A stretch of DNA of 64,000 bases from Methanomassiliicoccales archaeon (GCA_028682915.1 JAJRAN010000055.1:318-64317), one strand, 5' to 3'. Positions 35,577 to 45,290 are shown, counted from the first letter of the stretch. The notes: generated by a model from the letters alone, not told the origin. Numbers and translations: made by a program.

Positions 35577-37730
35577 TCACCTGAACACCAGAAGAAGGAG
35601 TATGAGGGCGGCGAATATGTACGCCAGGTACCTCTGTACGCTCCCCGTTTGGATTATGCTCGCTCGCCTGGCGACGCCCAGGATGGTGCGCGCCACCGGC
35701 TCGTAGAGATAGGTCTCGAATAACCGTGGTATGCTTGAGGAATAGGTCATGCCCCTCCTCGAATACGGGGAGGAGGTTGGATCTGAGGAGAGACTGCTCT
35801 CCCCCCTGAGGAAGGGGTTGAACACTCGGAGGATGGGCTGGGAGTGGCCGGTCGGGGTGTACTCGTTCCTGGGGCCCAGAGGCGTCCCACAGTCCCAGGT
35901 CTTCCCCTTTACCCGCGGGGTCCTTCCTCCCCAGGACCTGACCAAGATGAAGGCGAATGGGATCATCAGTCCAAGCAATCCAGCCAGCAGGATCGGGGAG
36001 ACGCTGGAGACCTCCCCGCCATCCACTTCCAGGACCCAGCCATCGGTAAGCTGACCGGCGATGGACACGCCGATCACATCCGTGCTGGCCTGGTCCACCA
36101 TGGGGATTATCTGGGCCGCGAGGACGCCGGTGGCCAGGCAAAGACCGGCCAAGATGGACATGGCCAGGAGCAGGCTGCGATGCGATTCTCGAGGATGCTT
36201 GGCCGCCTCGCTCCTGGGCCGGGCCAAGAACACGCTCCCGAAGATGCGCACGAAGCAGGCGGCCGCCAAGGCGCCAGTTAGCGCGAGCATGCCCAGGGCT
36301 ATGGCCATGAGCAGGTTCACTGTCACGTCATGGATGGAGTAGGAGAGGAGAAGGGACTGGAAGATCAGCCATTCGCTGATGAATCCGTTGAAGGGGGGTA
36401 TGGCCGATATGGACAGCACCCCGATGAAGAAGAGGATGCTGGTGTACCGCATGCCCTTCCCCAGGCCTCCCATCCTCTCCATGTCCTTTGTCCCGGTGGC
36501 ATGGACCACCGCCCCCGCCCCGAGGAATAGGAGGGACTTGAACAGGGAGTGGAAGAGCACGTGGAGCAAACAGGCCACCAGGGCCAGGGCGGCGATCTGC
36601 ATCATACCCTGGGCGTAGAATACCATGGCGGCTCCCAAGGCGATGAAGATTATTCCAACGTTCTCGACCGTGGAGAAGGCCAGGGCCCTCTTGATGTCCT
36701 TCTCGGCGATAGCGTAGAGTACCCCCAGCAAGGCGGTGAGGGAGCCGACGAAGAGGGTCAAGAGACCCCACCACATCAGATCGACGTGCAGGAATTGGAA
36801 GGCGGTGCGGATGAGCATGTACACCGCCAGCTTGACCATGACCCCTGACATCAGTGCCGAGACGTTGCTCGGGGCCGAAGGATGAGCCTGTGGCAGCCAT
36901 ACATGGAGGGGCACTATGCCGGCCTTGGCCCCGAAGCCTATCAGCGCGAGAAGGAAGGCGCCGCTTCGGGCCAGCTCGGTCATTCCCTGACCAGCGTACA
37001 GCGATATCTGATGGAAGTCGAGAGAACCTGCCATCAAGGACAGGTACAGAAGGCAGCTTGCGATGCATGCCGTCCCGAGATGGGCCATCACGAGATACAG
37101 CCATGCCGCGGACGCGGCCCCCTCCTCCTCATGCTCGTAGGCTACCAGCAGATAGGAGGAGAGCGACATCAGCTCCCAGAAGACCAGGAAGAGGAAGACG
37201 TTGCTCGACGCCACGACCATGACCATCGAGACCAGGAAGAGGGGGAAAAGCGCGCAGAACTTGGCTATGCTATACCTGCCGATGAACTGCTGGACATAGC
37301 CTAGTGAATAGATGGAGGCTGCGAGGGCCACGATGGAGATGGCGGCGAGGAACAGGGCGGCGAGGGGATCTATGACGACAGCGAACGGCCCGAGGAAGGG
37401 GATGGCGGTGAACTCGAAGCTCATGCTTCCCTCCAGGAAAACGCTGATCGAGGTCAGCAAACCCATGAGTGAGGCAAGGGCCGAGAGCCCGAATGACAGG
37501 TTGATGCAGAGCCGCTCCTTCCTGACCGTGACCAGGGCGGCCACGGTCGCGAGCGCTCCCAACGTGATCGTCGCCGCGAACGAATAGGTCCCTAGCGTTA
37601 CCAGCCACCTCTTCGGGCCTTCTCGCACAGGTCCCAAGGTGGAACCTCGTGCGAGAACGACCCGGTTTTGGCTGGCAAAATCGTCCTTCCTTTTAAGGAT
37701 TTCGTGAGCTTTGATTTCAATAGGAATCAA
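35577..37730 (-). CDS. HyfB-like antiporter-type membrane subunit (NuoL/MnhA family)
   Basis: Up to 717 aa, collinear with HyfB (FWELMSLSSYLLV, WLPQAHPSAPSNVSALMSGVMVK). The track start is TTG 37730. A TTG at about 37637 preceded by GAGGT, or a GTG at about 37628, are plausible shorter starts. Confidence 0.85.
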   Translation of the reverse strand: MIPIEIKAHEILKRKDDFASQNRVVLARGSTLGPVREGPKRWLVTLGTYSFAATITLGALATVAALVTVRKERLCINLSFGLSALASLMGLLTSISVFLEGSMSFEFTAIPFLGPFAVVIDPLAALFLAAISIVALAASIYSLGYVQQFIGRYSIAKFCALFPLFLVSMVMVVASSNVFLFLVFWELMSLSSYLLVAYEHEEEGAASAAWLYLVMAHLGTACIASCLLYLSLMAGSLDFHQISLYAGQGMTELARSGAFLLALIGFGAKAGIVPLHVWLPQAHPSAPSNVSALMSGVMVKLAVYMLIRTAFQFLHVDLMWWGLLTLFVGSLTALLGVLYAIAEKDIKRALAFSTVENVGIIFIALGAAMVFYAQGMMQIAALALVACLLHVLFHSLFKSLLFLGAGAVVHATGTKDMERMGGLGKGMRYTSILFFIGVLSISAIPPFNGFISEWLIFQSLLLSYSIHDVTVNLLMAIALGMLALTGALAAACFVRIFGSVFLARPRSEAAKHPRESHRSLLLAMSILAGLCLATGVLAAQIIPMVDQASTDVIGVSIAGQLTDGWVLEVDGGEVSSVSPILLAGLLGLMIPFAFILVRSWGGRTPRVKGKTWDCGTPLGPRNEYTPTGHSQPILRVFNPFLRGESSLSSDPTSSPYSRRGMTYSSSIPRLFETYLYEPVARTILGVARRASIIQTGSVQRYLAYIFAALILLLLVFR

Positions 37731-37776
37731 GAATAATAAGTCCAGATATGCCGCCCATCTAAAAAAGGGTCCGTTT

Positions 37777-38013
37777 CTAGGTCATGACCGACCGAAGCCC
37801 TCTGTCGTTCTCATAGCGGAACGCCACCTCCTTCGCCCAAGAGTCTGGAAGCCCATGGTGCTCTTTGAGATGCTTGACGGTGAGGTCGTGCCCCCTCTCC
37901 GCCACGCCATATTCGTCCAGTAAAACAAACCATTCTTGCCAGGTCTTCCCGGTGGCATCCCTCACCTCCTCGTCGCCGATGACCTTCTCCTTCCTCTTGC
38001 AGCTCCGGCCCAT
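37777..38013 (-). CDS. DUF4287-like small protein
   Basis: 78 aa. ATGKTWQEWFVLLDEYG...HLKEHHGLPDSWAKEVA resembles the DUF4287 pattern (TGKT..E.F......H.....L....GL). An oligo-T run follows the stop. Confidence 0.5.
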   Translation of the reverse strand: MGRSCKRKEKVIGDEEVRDATGKTWQEWFVLLDEYGVAERGHDLTVKHLKEHHGLPDSWAKEVAFRYENDRGLRSVMT

Positions 38014-38128
38014 GTTGTCGCTATTCGCCTGGCCTTGTTATAAGCATTCCTTTGCTTCGAGACCGATGGCGGTTGCCACCATCGCGTTAATATACGCGCG
38101 CCATGGTTGTATCGGAGGAGGCCCCCGG

Positions 38129-38650
38129 ATGGAAGATGCGATCGCGAGGAAGGAGATGAGCGCGGCCGTGCTCAAGACCGCGCTGGCCATCGAGGAGTTC
38201 GGCATCAGGTTCTATTCGGAGCTGAGCGACTGTGTCGCTGATGAGAGAGGGAGGGCGCTCATGCGCAGCCTGGGCAGCGACGAGCAGGAGCATGCGCGCA
38301 TCATCAAGAAGGAGATGGAACGCCTATCTATCCGGACGAATGGCTCTGGCGTAGAACCGTTACATGAGTACCTCGAGATCCTTCCAGAAAAGGTCTTCAC
38401 CAGGCCTAAGGACTCCTGCCTCACGGTGGAGGACGAGATAGCCGCCTTGCAGAAGGGCATAGAGGTCGAGATAAATTCCATCAGGATGTATCAGGATGCT
38501 TCATCCAGAGCCCTTGACCCGAAGACCATGAGCACCATCGAGGAGCTGACCCGTTGGGAGCTGAGACATCGAGAGATCCTCGAGGAGAACATGCGCACCC
38601 TCAAGCTGGGAGGAGCTTGGTACGGGTACGGCCCGATATTGGAAGGATGA
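38129..38650 (+). CDS. Rubrerythrin/ferritin-like diiron four-helix-bundle protein
   Basis: 173 aa from the ATG preceded by GGAGGAGG. Paired E...ExxH ligand pattern (AIEEFG / SDEQEHARII / IEVEINS / WELRHREIL). The track ORF start (37865) is an antisense-overlapping extension. Confidence 0.65.
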   Translation: MEDAIARKEMSAAVLKTALAIEEFGIRFYSELSDCVADERGRALMRSLGSDEQEHARIIKKEMERLSIRTNGSGVEPLHEYLEILPEKVFTRPKDSCLTVEDEIAALQKGIEVEINSIRMYQDASSRALDPKTMSTIEELTRWELRHREILEENMRTLKLGGAWYGYGPILEG

Positions 38651-38672
38651 AGCTTTTTTTCAAAAGCTTTTT
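38650..38672 (+). terminator. Hairpin plus T-tract terminator
   Basis: AAGCTTTT-TTTC-AAAAGCTT followed by TTT, starting at the last base of the stop codon. Confidence 0.45.
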
Positions 38673-38829
38673 AAGGGCGTTAATGCTGGCTCTGTTACGA
38701 CATACCAGCAGTGCCCGGTGAATAAATTAAAATACCTAGGTAACATGCCTAGAGCAATCCCGTCCCCTGTCGAAATCCGGTGGGACTGGAGTCGCCGGCT
38801 GATTCGGTGTGGTATTAGAGGTGCATGGC

Positions 38830-39993
38830 ATGGCAAGGTTGCCGAATATTAACAGAGAGTTGTCGGCCTGTCTCCAGTGTGGCTACTGCGTTCGCGTATG
38901 CGACACCTACGCCCAGGAGCCATGGGAATCCAACAGCCCCCGTGGCAAGATATATTACCTGAAGCAGCTGCAGAACAAGACCCCCATCGACAAGATGCTC
39001 GGTCGGAAGGTCGAGGTCGACGAAGAGTTCGTCGAAGCCTTATACAAATGCACTGGATGCGCCGCCTGCTGGTCCGTCTGCCACGTCAGCATCGAGTTCG
39101 CCGAGTTCTGGGAGGTCGTCCGCGAATGGGTGGTGGACCAGGGCAAGGGCCCGCTACCAGCGCACAAGAAGCTGGGCGAGAGCATCCTGGCCAATAACAA
39201 CCCCTACAAGGAGCCGCCGGCCAAGCGCGGGGACTGGTTCCCTTCGAACATCAACAAGGTCGCTATGAACCCCGACGTCTGCTTCTTCGCGGGTTGCACC
39301 GCCTCCTACAGGATGCAGAGGATCCCCCAGGCGGCCGCCACCTTCCTGGACCGCTGCGGAGTGAGGCAGAACATCATGGGCGCCGACGAGATGTGCTGCA
39401 CCTCCCCGATGCTCAGGACCGGGCAGATCAAGGCGTCCCGCGACTTCGCGGAGAACAACGTCCGCCAGACGGAGAAGATGGGGGCCAGGGCCATGGTCAC
39501 CGCTTGCGCCGGCTGCTACAAGACCACGACCCACGATTACAAGCGCTTCTACAGCCGCCCATCCTTCGAGGTCTATCACTTCTCGCAGTACGCGCTCAAG
39601 CTGCTGAAGGAGAAGAAGGTCAAGTACACCAAGAACTATGGAAACATGAAGGTCACTTACCACGACCCCTGCCACCTAGGAAGGCACGCGGGCGTTTTCG
39701 AGGTCCCGCGCGAGGTCATCAAGTCCGTGCCGGGGCTCGAGCTGGTGGAGATGGGCCGCAACCGCATGAGCTCGCAGTGCTGCGGGGCGGGAGGCGGTTA
39801 CAAGTCGCAGTTCAACGAGTTCGCCGTCAACATCGCCGCCAAGAGGGTCAAGGAGGCCATTGACACGGGAGCCGAGCGCATAATCACCACCTGCCCGTTC
39901 TGCGTGCTGAACCTGCAGCAGGGCGCGAAGCAACTTGGCTCCGATATCAAGGTGATGGACCTATCAGAGCTGCTGGCCGAAGCGACGGCTTAA
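38830..39993 (+). CDS. HdrD/GlpC-type (Fe-S) oxidoreductase with two [4Fe-4S] motifs and two CCG domains
   Basis: CLQCGYCVRVCD and CTGCAACWSVCH are ferredoxin motifs. Two cysteine-rich CCG-type domains follow (GC...EMCCTSP...TACAGCY and DPCHLGRH...SQCCGAGGG...TTCPFCV). ATG 38830 follows a GAGGTG RBS (track start is GTG 38809). Confidence 0.8.
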   Translation: MARLPNINRELSACLQCGYCVRVCDTYAQEPWESNSPRGKIYYLKQLQNKTPIDKMLGRKVEVDEEFVEALYKCTGCAACWSVCHVSIEFAEFWEVVREWVVDQGKGPLPAHKKLGESILANNNPYKEPPAKRGDWFPSNINKVAMNPDVCFFAGCTASYRMQRIPQAAATFLDRCGVRQNIMGADEMCCTSPMLRTGQIKASRDFAENNVRQTEKMGARAMVTACAGCYKTTTHDYKRFYSRPSFEVYHFSQYALKLLKEKKVKYTKNYGNMKVTYHDPCHLGRHAGVFEVPREVIKSVPGLELVEMGRNRMSSQCCGAGGGYKSQFNEFAVNIAAKRVKEAIDTGAERIITTCPFCVLNLQQGAKQLGSDIKVMDLSELLAEATA

Positions 39994-40046
39994 TGGGGCG
40001 ACAGCCCTCCTTCCATTCTTCTATTCGTATTATGGAAGGGCCGCGG

Positions 40047-40370
40047 TCATTTGACCTTGACCTTCAGCACCTCCGTCTTGATCGGAGGGACGCCCTCCTC
40101 CCAGGACCGGCGGTAGACCAGCTTCAATGTTGCCCGGCCCTTCCTCATCGCCTTGAAGCCGAACCTGAAGGTGCCCCCGGACCCGATCCTGCCGGAGGTG
40201 GATGGCTGATAGGTCGGCCCCTCGGTCCAGTCCAGGACCTCTGGGCTGAGCGAAGCCACCTGCCATTGGTAGCCCGTGGTGGGATTGCCCTCCAGGGTTA
40301 CCGTCAGGCTATCCCCAACCCTCAACTGTATCTTTTCCTCGGGCTTCGACCCGTCGAGTTGGACCTCCAT
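40047..40370 (-). CDS. Chagasin-family cysteine peptidase inhibitor (I42)
   Basis: 107 aa. LEGNPTTGYQWQ is the NPTTG signature, followed by the GSGGTFRFGFKA and RRSWE loops. Confidence 0.85.
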   Translation of the reverse strand: MEVQLDGSKPEEKIQLRVGDSLTVTLEGNPTTGYQWQVASLSPEVLDWTEGPTYQPSTSGRIGSGGTFRFGFKAMRKGRATLKLVYRRSWEEGVPPIKTEVLKVKVK

Positions 40371-40517
40371 GCCTCCTTTCTCCTTTACGATCTATTGGCT
40401 CTCTGGCCTCTTCTAGGCATCGCCGAGCCGTCGCTCTCATTCCCAGACATAGAATGATGACCTTCGCGCTCCATCTCGATAGATTCAAGTACCGCCAACG
40501 TCTGGATTCTGGGGCCC

Positions 40518-43259
40518 ATGGTATTCGAGCTGCTCGACCCCAAGATCCAGAAGGTGCTCAGGGAGAAGGACATCCGTGAGCCGACCGGCCCGCAGCGGCA
40601 GGCCATCCCCCACATCCTCAAGGGGGAGCACGTTCTTCTCGTGGCCCCGACTGGGATAGGCAAGACCGAGGCGGCCATGCTTCCCATCCTTCATATGCTT
40701 CTAAGGTCGGGGGGCAAGGGCATAAAATGTATCTACGTCACCCCGCTCAGGGCGCTGAACCGGGACCTGCTCCGGCGTCTGGAAGAGTTCGGGAAGGCGC
40801 TCGGGCTGGAGGTGGCGGTACGGCACGGGGACACGCCCCAATCGGAGAGGAACAGGCAATCGCGCAAGGCACCGGACGTACTCATCACCACCCCGGAGAC
40901 GCTGCAGATCATGTTCTCCGGTAAGAGGCTGAGGGAGCACTTGGCAAACGTGCGCTTCTTCGTCGTCGATGAGATCCATGAGCTGGCCGAGGACGAGCGC
41001 GGAGCGCAGCTGGCCGTGGCCATGGAGAGACTGATCAAGGAGGCGGGCGAGTTCCAGAGGATCGGCCTGTCCGCCACCGTGGGCAGCGTCCAAGAGGTCG
41101 CCAACTACCTCGGCGGGGCGGAGCGGAAGGTCACCTCGATCCGCGCCCACGTGGCCAAGGACATGCGCGTGACGGTGCAGAGCCCAGGTGTGAGCGACGA
41201 GGACAAGGACCTGGCGGGGACGTTGCAGAGCGAGCCCCAGCTGGTGTCCTGCATGCGTCGCTGCCGCCAGATCATCGAGGCGCATCGCTCCACGCTGCTA
41301 TTCGTCAACACCCGCGACACCGCGGAGGCGCTCGCTGCCAGGTATCACGTCTGGGATGATGGGTTCCCCGTGGGCGTGCATCATGGCTCTCTCTCTAAGG
41401 AGACGCGAATCGAAATGGAGGAGAGCTTCAAGAAGGAACGGCTGAAGGGGCTCATATGCACCTCGTCCCTCGAGCTGGGGATCGACATAGGTAGCGTCGA
41501 CTTCGCCATCCAATACAACTCGCCCCGCCAGGTCGCCAGGCTCATCCAGAGGATGGGGCGGGCGGGGCACAGCGTCGGCGCCAAGTCCGAGGGGGCCATA
41601 GTGGCCTCCACGCCTGACGAGATCGCTGAGTCCCTGGTCATCACCCGCAAGTCCACCAAGGAGGAGCTGGAACCCCTCCGGATCAGGGAGAACCCCTTGA
41701 CCGTCCTGGCGAACCAGATCGTGGCCATGGCCATGGTCGGGATGGTCGAGAAGGAGGAGGCCTACCACATTTTGACCCGCTCGTTCCCATTCCGCAACCT
41801 TACCAAAGAGACCTTCGAAGGCGTGCTCGAGCAGCTAGGGAGGATAGGCCTGGTATTCATCGGGGAAAATGACTACCGGCGCTCGAGCCGGGGTATGCGC
41901 TACTTCTACGACAACCTGTCCATGATCCCCGACGAGAGGAGCTTCAGGATCAGGGAGCTGTCCTCGCGCAAGATCGTAGGGCAGCTGGACGAGTCGTTCG
42001 TGGTCTCTTTCGCCGAGCCCTATGCCACCTTCATCACCCGCGGTAGGTCCTGGCGCATCGTCGAGATGAAGGAGGACGAGCTGCTGGTGGAGCAGGTGAA
42101 GGAGATCGGCTCCATCCCATCCTGGGTGGGGGAGGACATACCGGTGCCTTATGATGTGGGCACCGAGGTGGGGCGGCTGCGCCGCCTGCGTAACTTCGAG
42201 GACTATGCCGGGGACGAGGAGGCGGTGGGCAAGCTCCGACGCTACTTAGAGGAGCAGAGCAAGGAGGCTAAGGTCCCCACCGACCAGCTGCTGACATTGG
42301 AGATGGGGAGGAAGCTGGCCATACTCAATTGCTGCTTCGGTTCCAAGGTGAACGAGACGCTTTCCAAGCTCCTTTCGGTGCTGCTCTCGGCGCGGATCGG
42401 GGAGAGCATCGCGGTCCACACCGACCCTTACCGGATCGTTCTGGAGCTGCCCCGGGACATAAGGGCGGTCACCATCATCGACACCCTGAAATCGATAAGG
42501 TCGGAGAACGTGGAGGGCCTAGTCCGCCTGGTGATCAAGAACTCCTCCTTCCTCAGGTGGCGGTTCGTCCACGTGGCCAAGAAGTTCGGGGCGGTGGAGA
42601 AGGAAGCGGATTACCAGAGCATCAACTTCAACCGCCTCTTCGAGGCCTACGACGGCACGCCCATGTACGACGAGGCCGTGGCCCGCGTCCTCTGGGAGGA
42701 CCTGGACCTGGAGGGAACGGCCAAGGTGGTGAGGCAGATCGAGACCGGCGAGCTGCAGGTCGACGTGACCCCGCTCACGCCCATTGGCCGGGCCGGGTTG
42801 GAGTACTCCAAGGAGCTTATCGCTCCCCAGAGGGCCGACCATTCCATCCTCATGGCGCTCAAGAACCGCCTGGAGGATGAGCAGATGTTCATGACCTGTA
42901 TCAACTGCAAGGCGCAGTGGCGCCTGAAGGTGAGGGACGCCCCCCGCCATATTCATTGCGAGAGGTGCGGGGGCAAGATGGTCGCGGCGCTGCACTCCTA
43001 CAACAAGGATGATGCCAGGCTGCTGTCGAACAAGGACCTCGGCGAGGAGGAGGAGGCCGAGGTGAGGCGGATGTACAAGAACGCCAGCCTGGTCAACAAG
43101 AACGGGAAGAAGGCCCTGCTCTGCCTGGCTGGCCGGGGCGTGGGGCCGGACACCGCCGCCCGCGTGCTCGCTGGTTACCACGAGAACGAGGACGAGTTCC
43201 TCAGGGAGATACTAAGCGCCGAGATAACCTATGCCAGGACGAAGAAGTTCTGGGATTGA
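40518..43259 (+). CDS. Lhr-type DEAD/DEAH-box ATP-dependent helicase
   Basis: 913 aa. Motif I APTGIGKTEAA, motif II VVDEIHE, motif III SAT, motif VI QRMGRAGH. A long Lhr-type C-terminal region ends in a Zn ribbon (CINCKAQW...CERCGGKM). Confidence 0.9.
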   Translation: MVFELLDPKIQKVLREKDIREPTGPQRQAIPHILKGEHVLLVAPTGIGKTEAAMLPILHMLLRSGGKGIKCIYVTPLRALNRDLLRRLEEFGKALGLEVAVRHGDTPQSERNRQSRKAPDVLITTPETLQIMFSGKRLREHLANVRFFVVDEIHELAEDERGAQLAVAMERLIKEAGEFQRIGLSATVGSVQEVANYLGGAERKVTSIRAHVAKDMRVTVQSPGVSDEDKDLAGTLQSEPQLVSCMRRCRQIIEAHRSTLLFVNTRDTAEALAARYHVWDDGFPVGVHHGSLSKETRIEMEESFKKERLKGLICTSSLELGIDIGSVDFAIQYNSPRQVARLIQRMGRAGHSVGAKSEGAIVASTPDEIAESLVITRKSTKEELEPLRIRENPLTVLANQIVAMAMVGMVEKEEAYHILTRSFPFRNLTKETFEGVLEQLGRIGLVFIGENDYRRSSRGMRYFYDNLSMIPDERSFRIRELSSRKIVGQLDESFVVSFAEPYATFITRGRSWRIVEMKEDELLVEQVKEIGSIPSWVGEDIPVPYDVGTEVGRLRRLRNFEDYAGDEEAVGKLRRYLEEQSKEAKVPTDQLLTLEMGRKLAILNCCFGSKVNETLSKLLSVLLSARIGESIAVHTDPYRIVLELPRDIRAVTIIDTLKSIRSENVEGLVRLVIKNSSFLRWRFVHVAKKFGAVEKEADYQSINFNRLFEAYDGTPMYDEAVARVLWEDLDLEGTAKVVRQIETGELQVDVTPLTPIGRAGLEYSKELIAPQRADHSILMALKNRLEDEQMFMTCINCKAQWRLKVRDAPRHIHCERCGGKMVAALHSYNKDDARLLSNKDLGEEEEAEVRRMYKNASLVNKNGKKALLCLAGRGVGPDTAARVLAGYHENEDEFLREILSAEITYARTKKFWD

Positions 43260-43266
43260 GCAAGGT

Positions 43267-43893
43267 CTAAGGACCTTTTACGGGGTTGGTTAGTCTACCA
43301 ACACCCTTGATGCTGATCTCGACTGTGTCCCCACCCTTTATCGCTCCTACGCCCTCGGGTGTGCCCGTGGCGATCACGTCCCCAGGCTCAAGGACCATGT
43401 ACTTGGATATGTAGGCAATCAGCTCCTCGACGGGGAATATCATGTCCGCCGTCCTTCCGTCCTGTCTCAGCTCTCCGTTCAGCCTGGTCTGGACCGTGAG
43501 AGCGCGGAGGTCGGGGACCTCAACGATCGGTGTGGGCTCGGACATGGGAGCGAACGTATCCATGCCCTTGGCCAGGGACCAGGGTAGCCCGGCCTTGCGT
43601 GCCACAGATTGAACGTCACGCGCGGTCACGTCGTTAAAGACGGCGGCAGCCCCTACGTGTTTCAGTGCCTGCTTGGGCGTAACGTTCTTGGCGCGCCTGC
43701 CGACTATTACCGCCAGCTCCCCTTCGTAGTCGACGCGCCCCAGACCCGGTGGAATCAATATCTCCTCTCGGTCGGCGATCTGGGCGCTCGAGGGTTTCAG
43801 AAATATGACTGGTTCGCTAGGGACCTCGGACTTGAGCTCCTTGATATGGGCGCGGTAGTTCTGCCCGATGCAAACGATCTTGCCAGGTCGCAT
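43267..43893 (-). CDS. Fumarylacetoacetate hydrolase (FAH) family protein
   Basis: 208 aa. KIVCIGQNYRAHIKE, DYEGELAVIVG, GDVIATGTPEGVG. Confidence 0.9.
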   Translation of the reverse strand: MRPGKIVCIGQNYRAHIKELKSEVPSEPVIFLKPSSAQIADREEILIPPGLGRVDYEGELAVIVGRRAKNVTPKQALKHVGAAAVFNDVTARDVQSVARKAGLPWSLAKGMDTFAPMSEPTPIVEVPDLRALTVQTRLNGELRQDGRTADMIFPVEELIAYISKYMVLEPGDVIATGTPEGVGAIKGGDTVEISIKGVGRLTNPVKGP

Positions 43894-43911
43894 GTTACCA
43901 CTTGAGGAGGT

Positions 43912-44163
43912 TTAATCCTCCTCCGGCTCATTTTCATTGTTCCCCACGGTCTCCAGCTTGACCATGACGCCCATGCCCTTCAGGGTTGCCACCACCATGT
44001 CCGCCAGCGATATGGCGTCCTCAAGGGTGGCCTGCTTGTCCCAGGTGTACACGGCATCATAGTTTCCCGTGGTCGGCTTGAAGCCCATGTTGTTCAAGGC
44101 GTCGAAGACCTTGGAGGGCTTGGCGCCCTCGGAGCTGAACATCACGGTGATGTAGGTCAACAT
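43912..44163 (-). CDS. Hypothetical small protein
   Basis: 83 aa with clean frame and an acidic tail. No family recognised. Confidence 0.4.
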   Translation of the reverse strand: MLTYITVMFSSEGAKPSKVFDALNNMGFKPTTGNYDAVYTWDKQATLEDAISLADMVVATLKGMGVMVKLETVGNNENEPEED

Positions 44164-44248
44164 CGAGAGGCAATCCTATCATTCGCATTAAAGGTTTCCC
44201 GATTGCATCTCGTCGATGGACGAAGGTCTGGCCGCTACGAGAATCGTA

Positions 44249-44854
44249 TCATTTCCTGATGAAGTCTCGGGCGATGATGTATATCTCCGAGCTGCTGGCG
44301 CGGGAGGCGTCCGGACCGTAGAGTTTGACCTCTTTGAAGCTCGACTTGACCCGCTTCAAGAACTCCTGCATCATGTCGCCTTCGAAGATCTTCAACACCA
44401 TGGCGCCTCCTGGCCTGAGCACCTTCTCCGCGAACTCCAGGGCGTGCTCGCAAAGGTCGACGGAACGGGCGTGGTCCATGGAATAGCTCCCAGAGATGTT
44501 CGGGCTCATGTCGGAGAGGACGACGTCCGCCTTGCCTCCAAGCGCCTCCAGCATGTCGAGGACCGTTTCCTCCTTGCGCATATCACCCTGCACCGTCTCC
44601 ACGCCCTCGATGGGCTCGATCGGTTGCAGGTCCACGCCGACGACCTTTCCTTTCGGCTCCACGCGTTCCGCGGCCACTTGCAGCCATCCGCCCGGGGCAG
44701 CGCCTAGGTCGGCGACGACCGCTCCACGCTTCAGGAGCTTGAACTTGTCGTCGATCTGGATCAGCTTGAATGAGGCTCGGCTCCTATAGTCCATCCTCTT
44801 GGCCGCCTTGGAATAGGGGTCGTTCCGCCTTTCCGTCATCCAGCGCTTCGACAC
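44249..44854 (-). CDS. rlmE: 23S rRNA (uridine-2'-O)-methyltransferase RlmE/FtsJ
   Basis: 201 aa. YRSRASFKLIQIDDKF, VVADLGAAPGGWLQV, VVLSDMSPNISG, K-D-K-E tetrad context. Confidence 0.9.
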   Translation of the reverse strand: MSKRWMTERRNDPYSKAAKRMDYRSRASFKLIQIDDKFKLLKRGAVVADLGAAPGGWLQVAAERVEPKGKVVGVDLQPIEPIEGVETVQGDMRKEETVLDMLEALGGKADVVLSDMSPNISGSYSMDHARSVDLCEHALEFAEKVLRPGGAMVLKIFEGDMMQEFLKRVKSSFKEVKLYGPDASRASSSEIYIIARDFIRK

Positions 44855-44951
44855 ATGTCGACGACTCCTCCGATGACAATAAAGCTTTGCCCTGCAATTT
44901 GAACGGATTCAAATAGGACGAGGGGGATGAAAACCTCCGGAGGCGGCATCA

Positions 44952-45251
44952 ATGGCCAAATGCGTGCAGAAGCCGAGCACGAAGGCGAGCAGACTCGAGC
45001 GCCTGTCCGAGGAGGAGTTCGACAAATGGATCCTTTCCAAGATGGACGTCTGCCAATGCCTGGACTGCAGTACCCACAACAAATGTGCCAAGAACAGCGG
45101 CGAGAGGTTGTATTGCGTGGTCATGAGGAGCCCTTTCTGCATCGATTCCAAGAAAGGATGCCTTTGCAAGGACTGCCCGGTCTCCCTTGAGTTCGGTTTC
45201 AAGAAGGACTATCACTGCCTGGTAGGCGCGGAGATCGTCAGGAAGGCCTGA
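44952..45251 (+). CDS. DUF2769-like Cys-rich protein
   Basis: 99 aa. CQCLDCSTHNKC...LYCVV...FC...KGCLCKDCPV...YHCLVG matches the DUF2769 cysteine pattern. Confidence 0.6.
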   Translation: MAKCVQKPSTKASRLERLSEEEFDKWILSKMDVCQCLDCSTHNKCAKNSGERLYCVVMRSPFCIDSKKGCLCKDCPVSLEFGFKKDYHCLVGAEIVRKA

Positions 45252-45290
45252 GGGCAAGGTTTTTTCAAATTGGGAGGTCTACCAGGTACC

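Noticed and set aside
37865-38128. 5' extension of the rubrerythrin-like ORF
   Set aside because: It overlaps the DUF4287-like gene antisense and translates to Ser/Pro/Cys-rich sequence. A strong GGAGGAGG RBS precedes ATG 38129.
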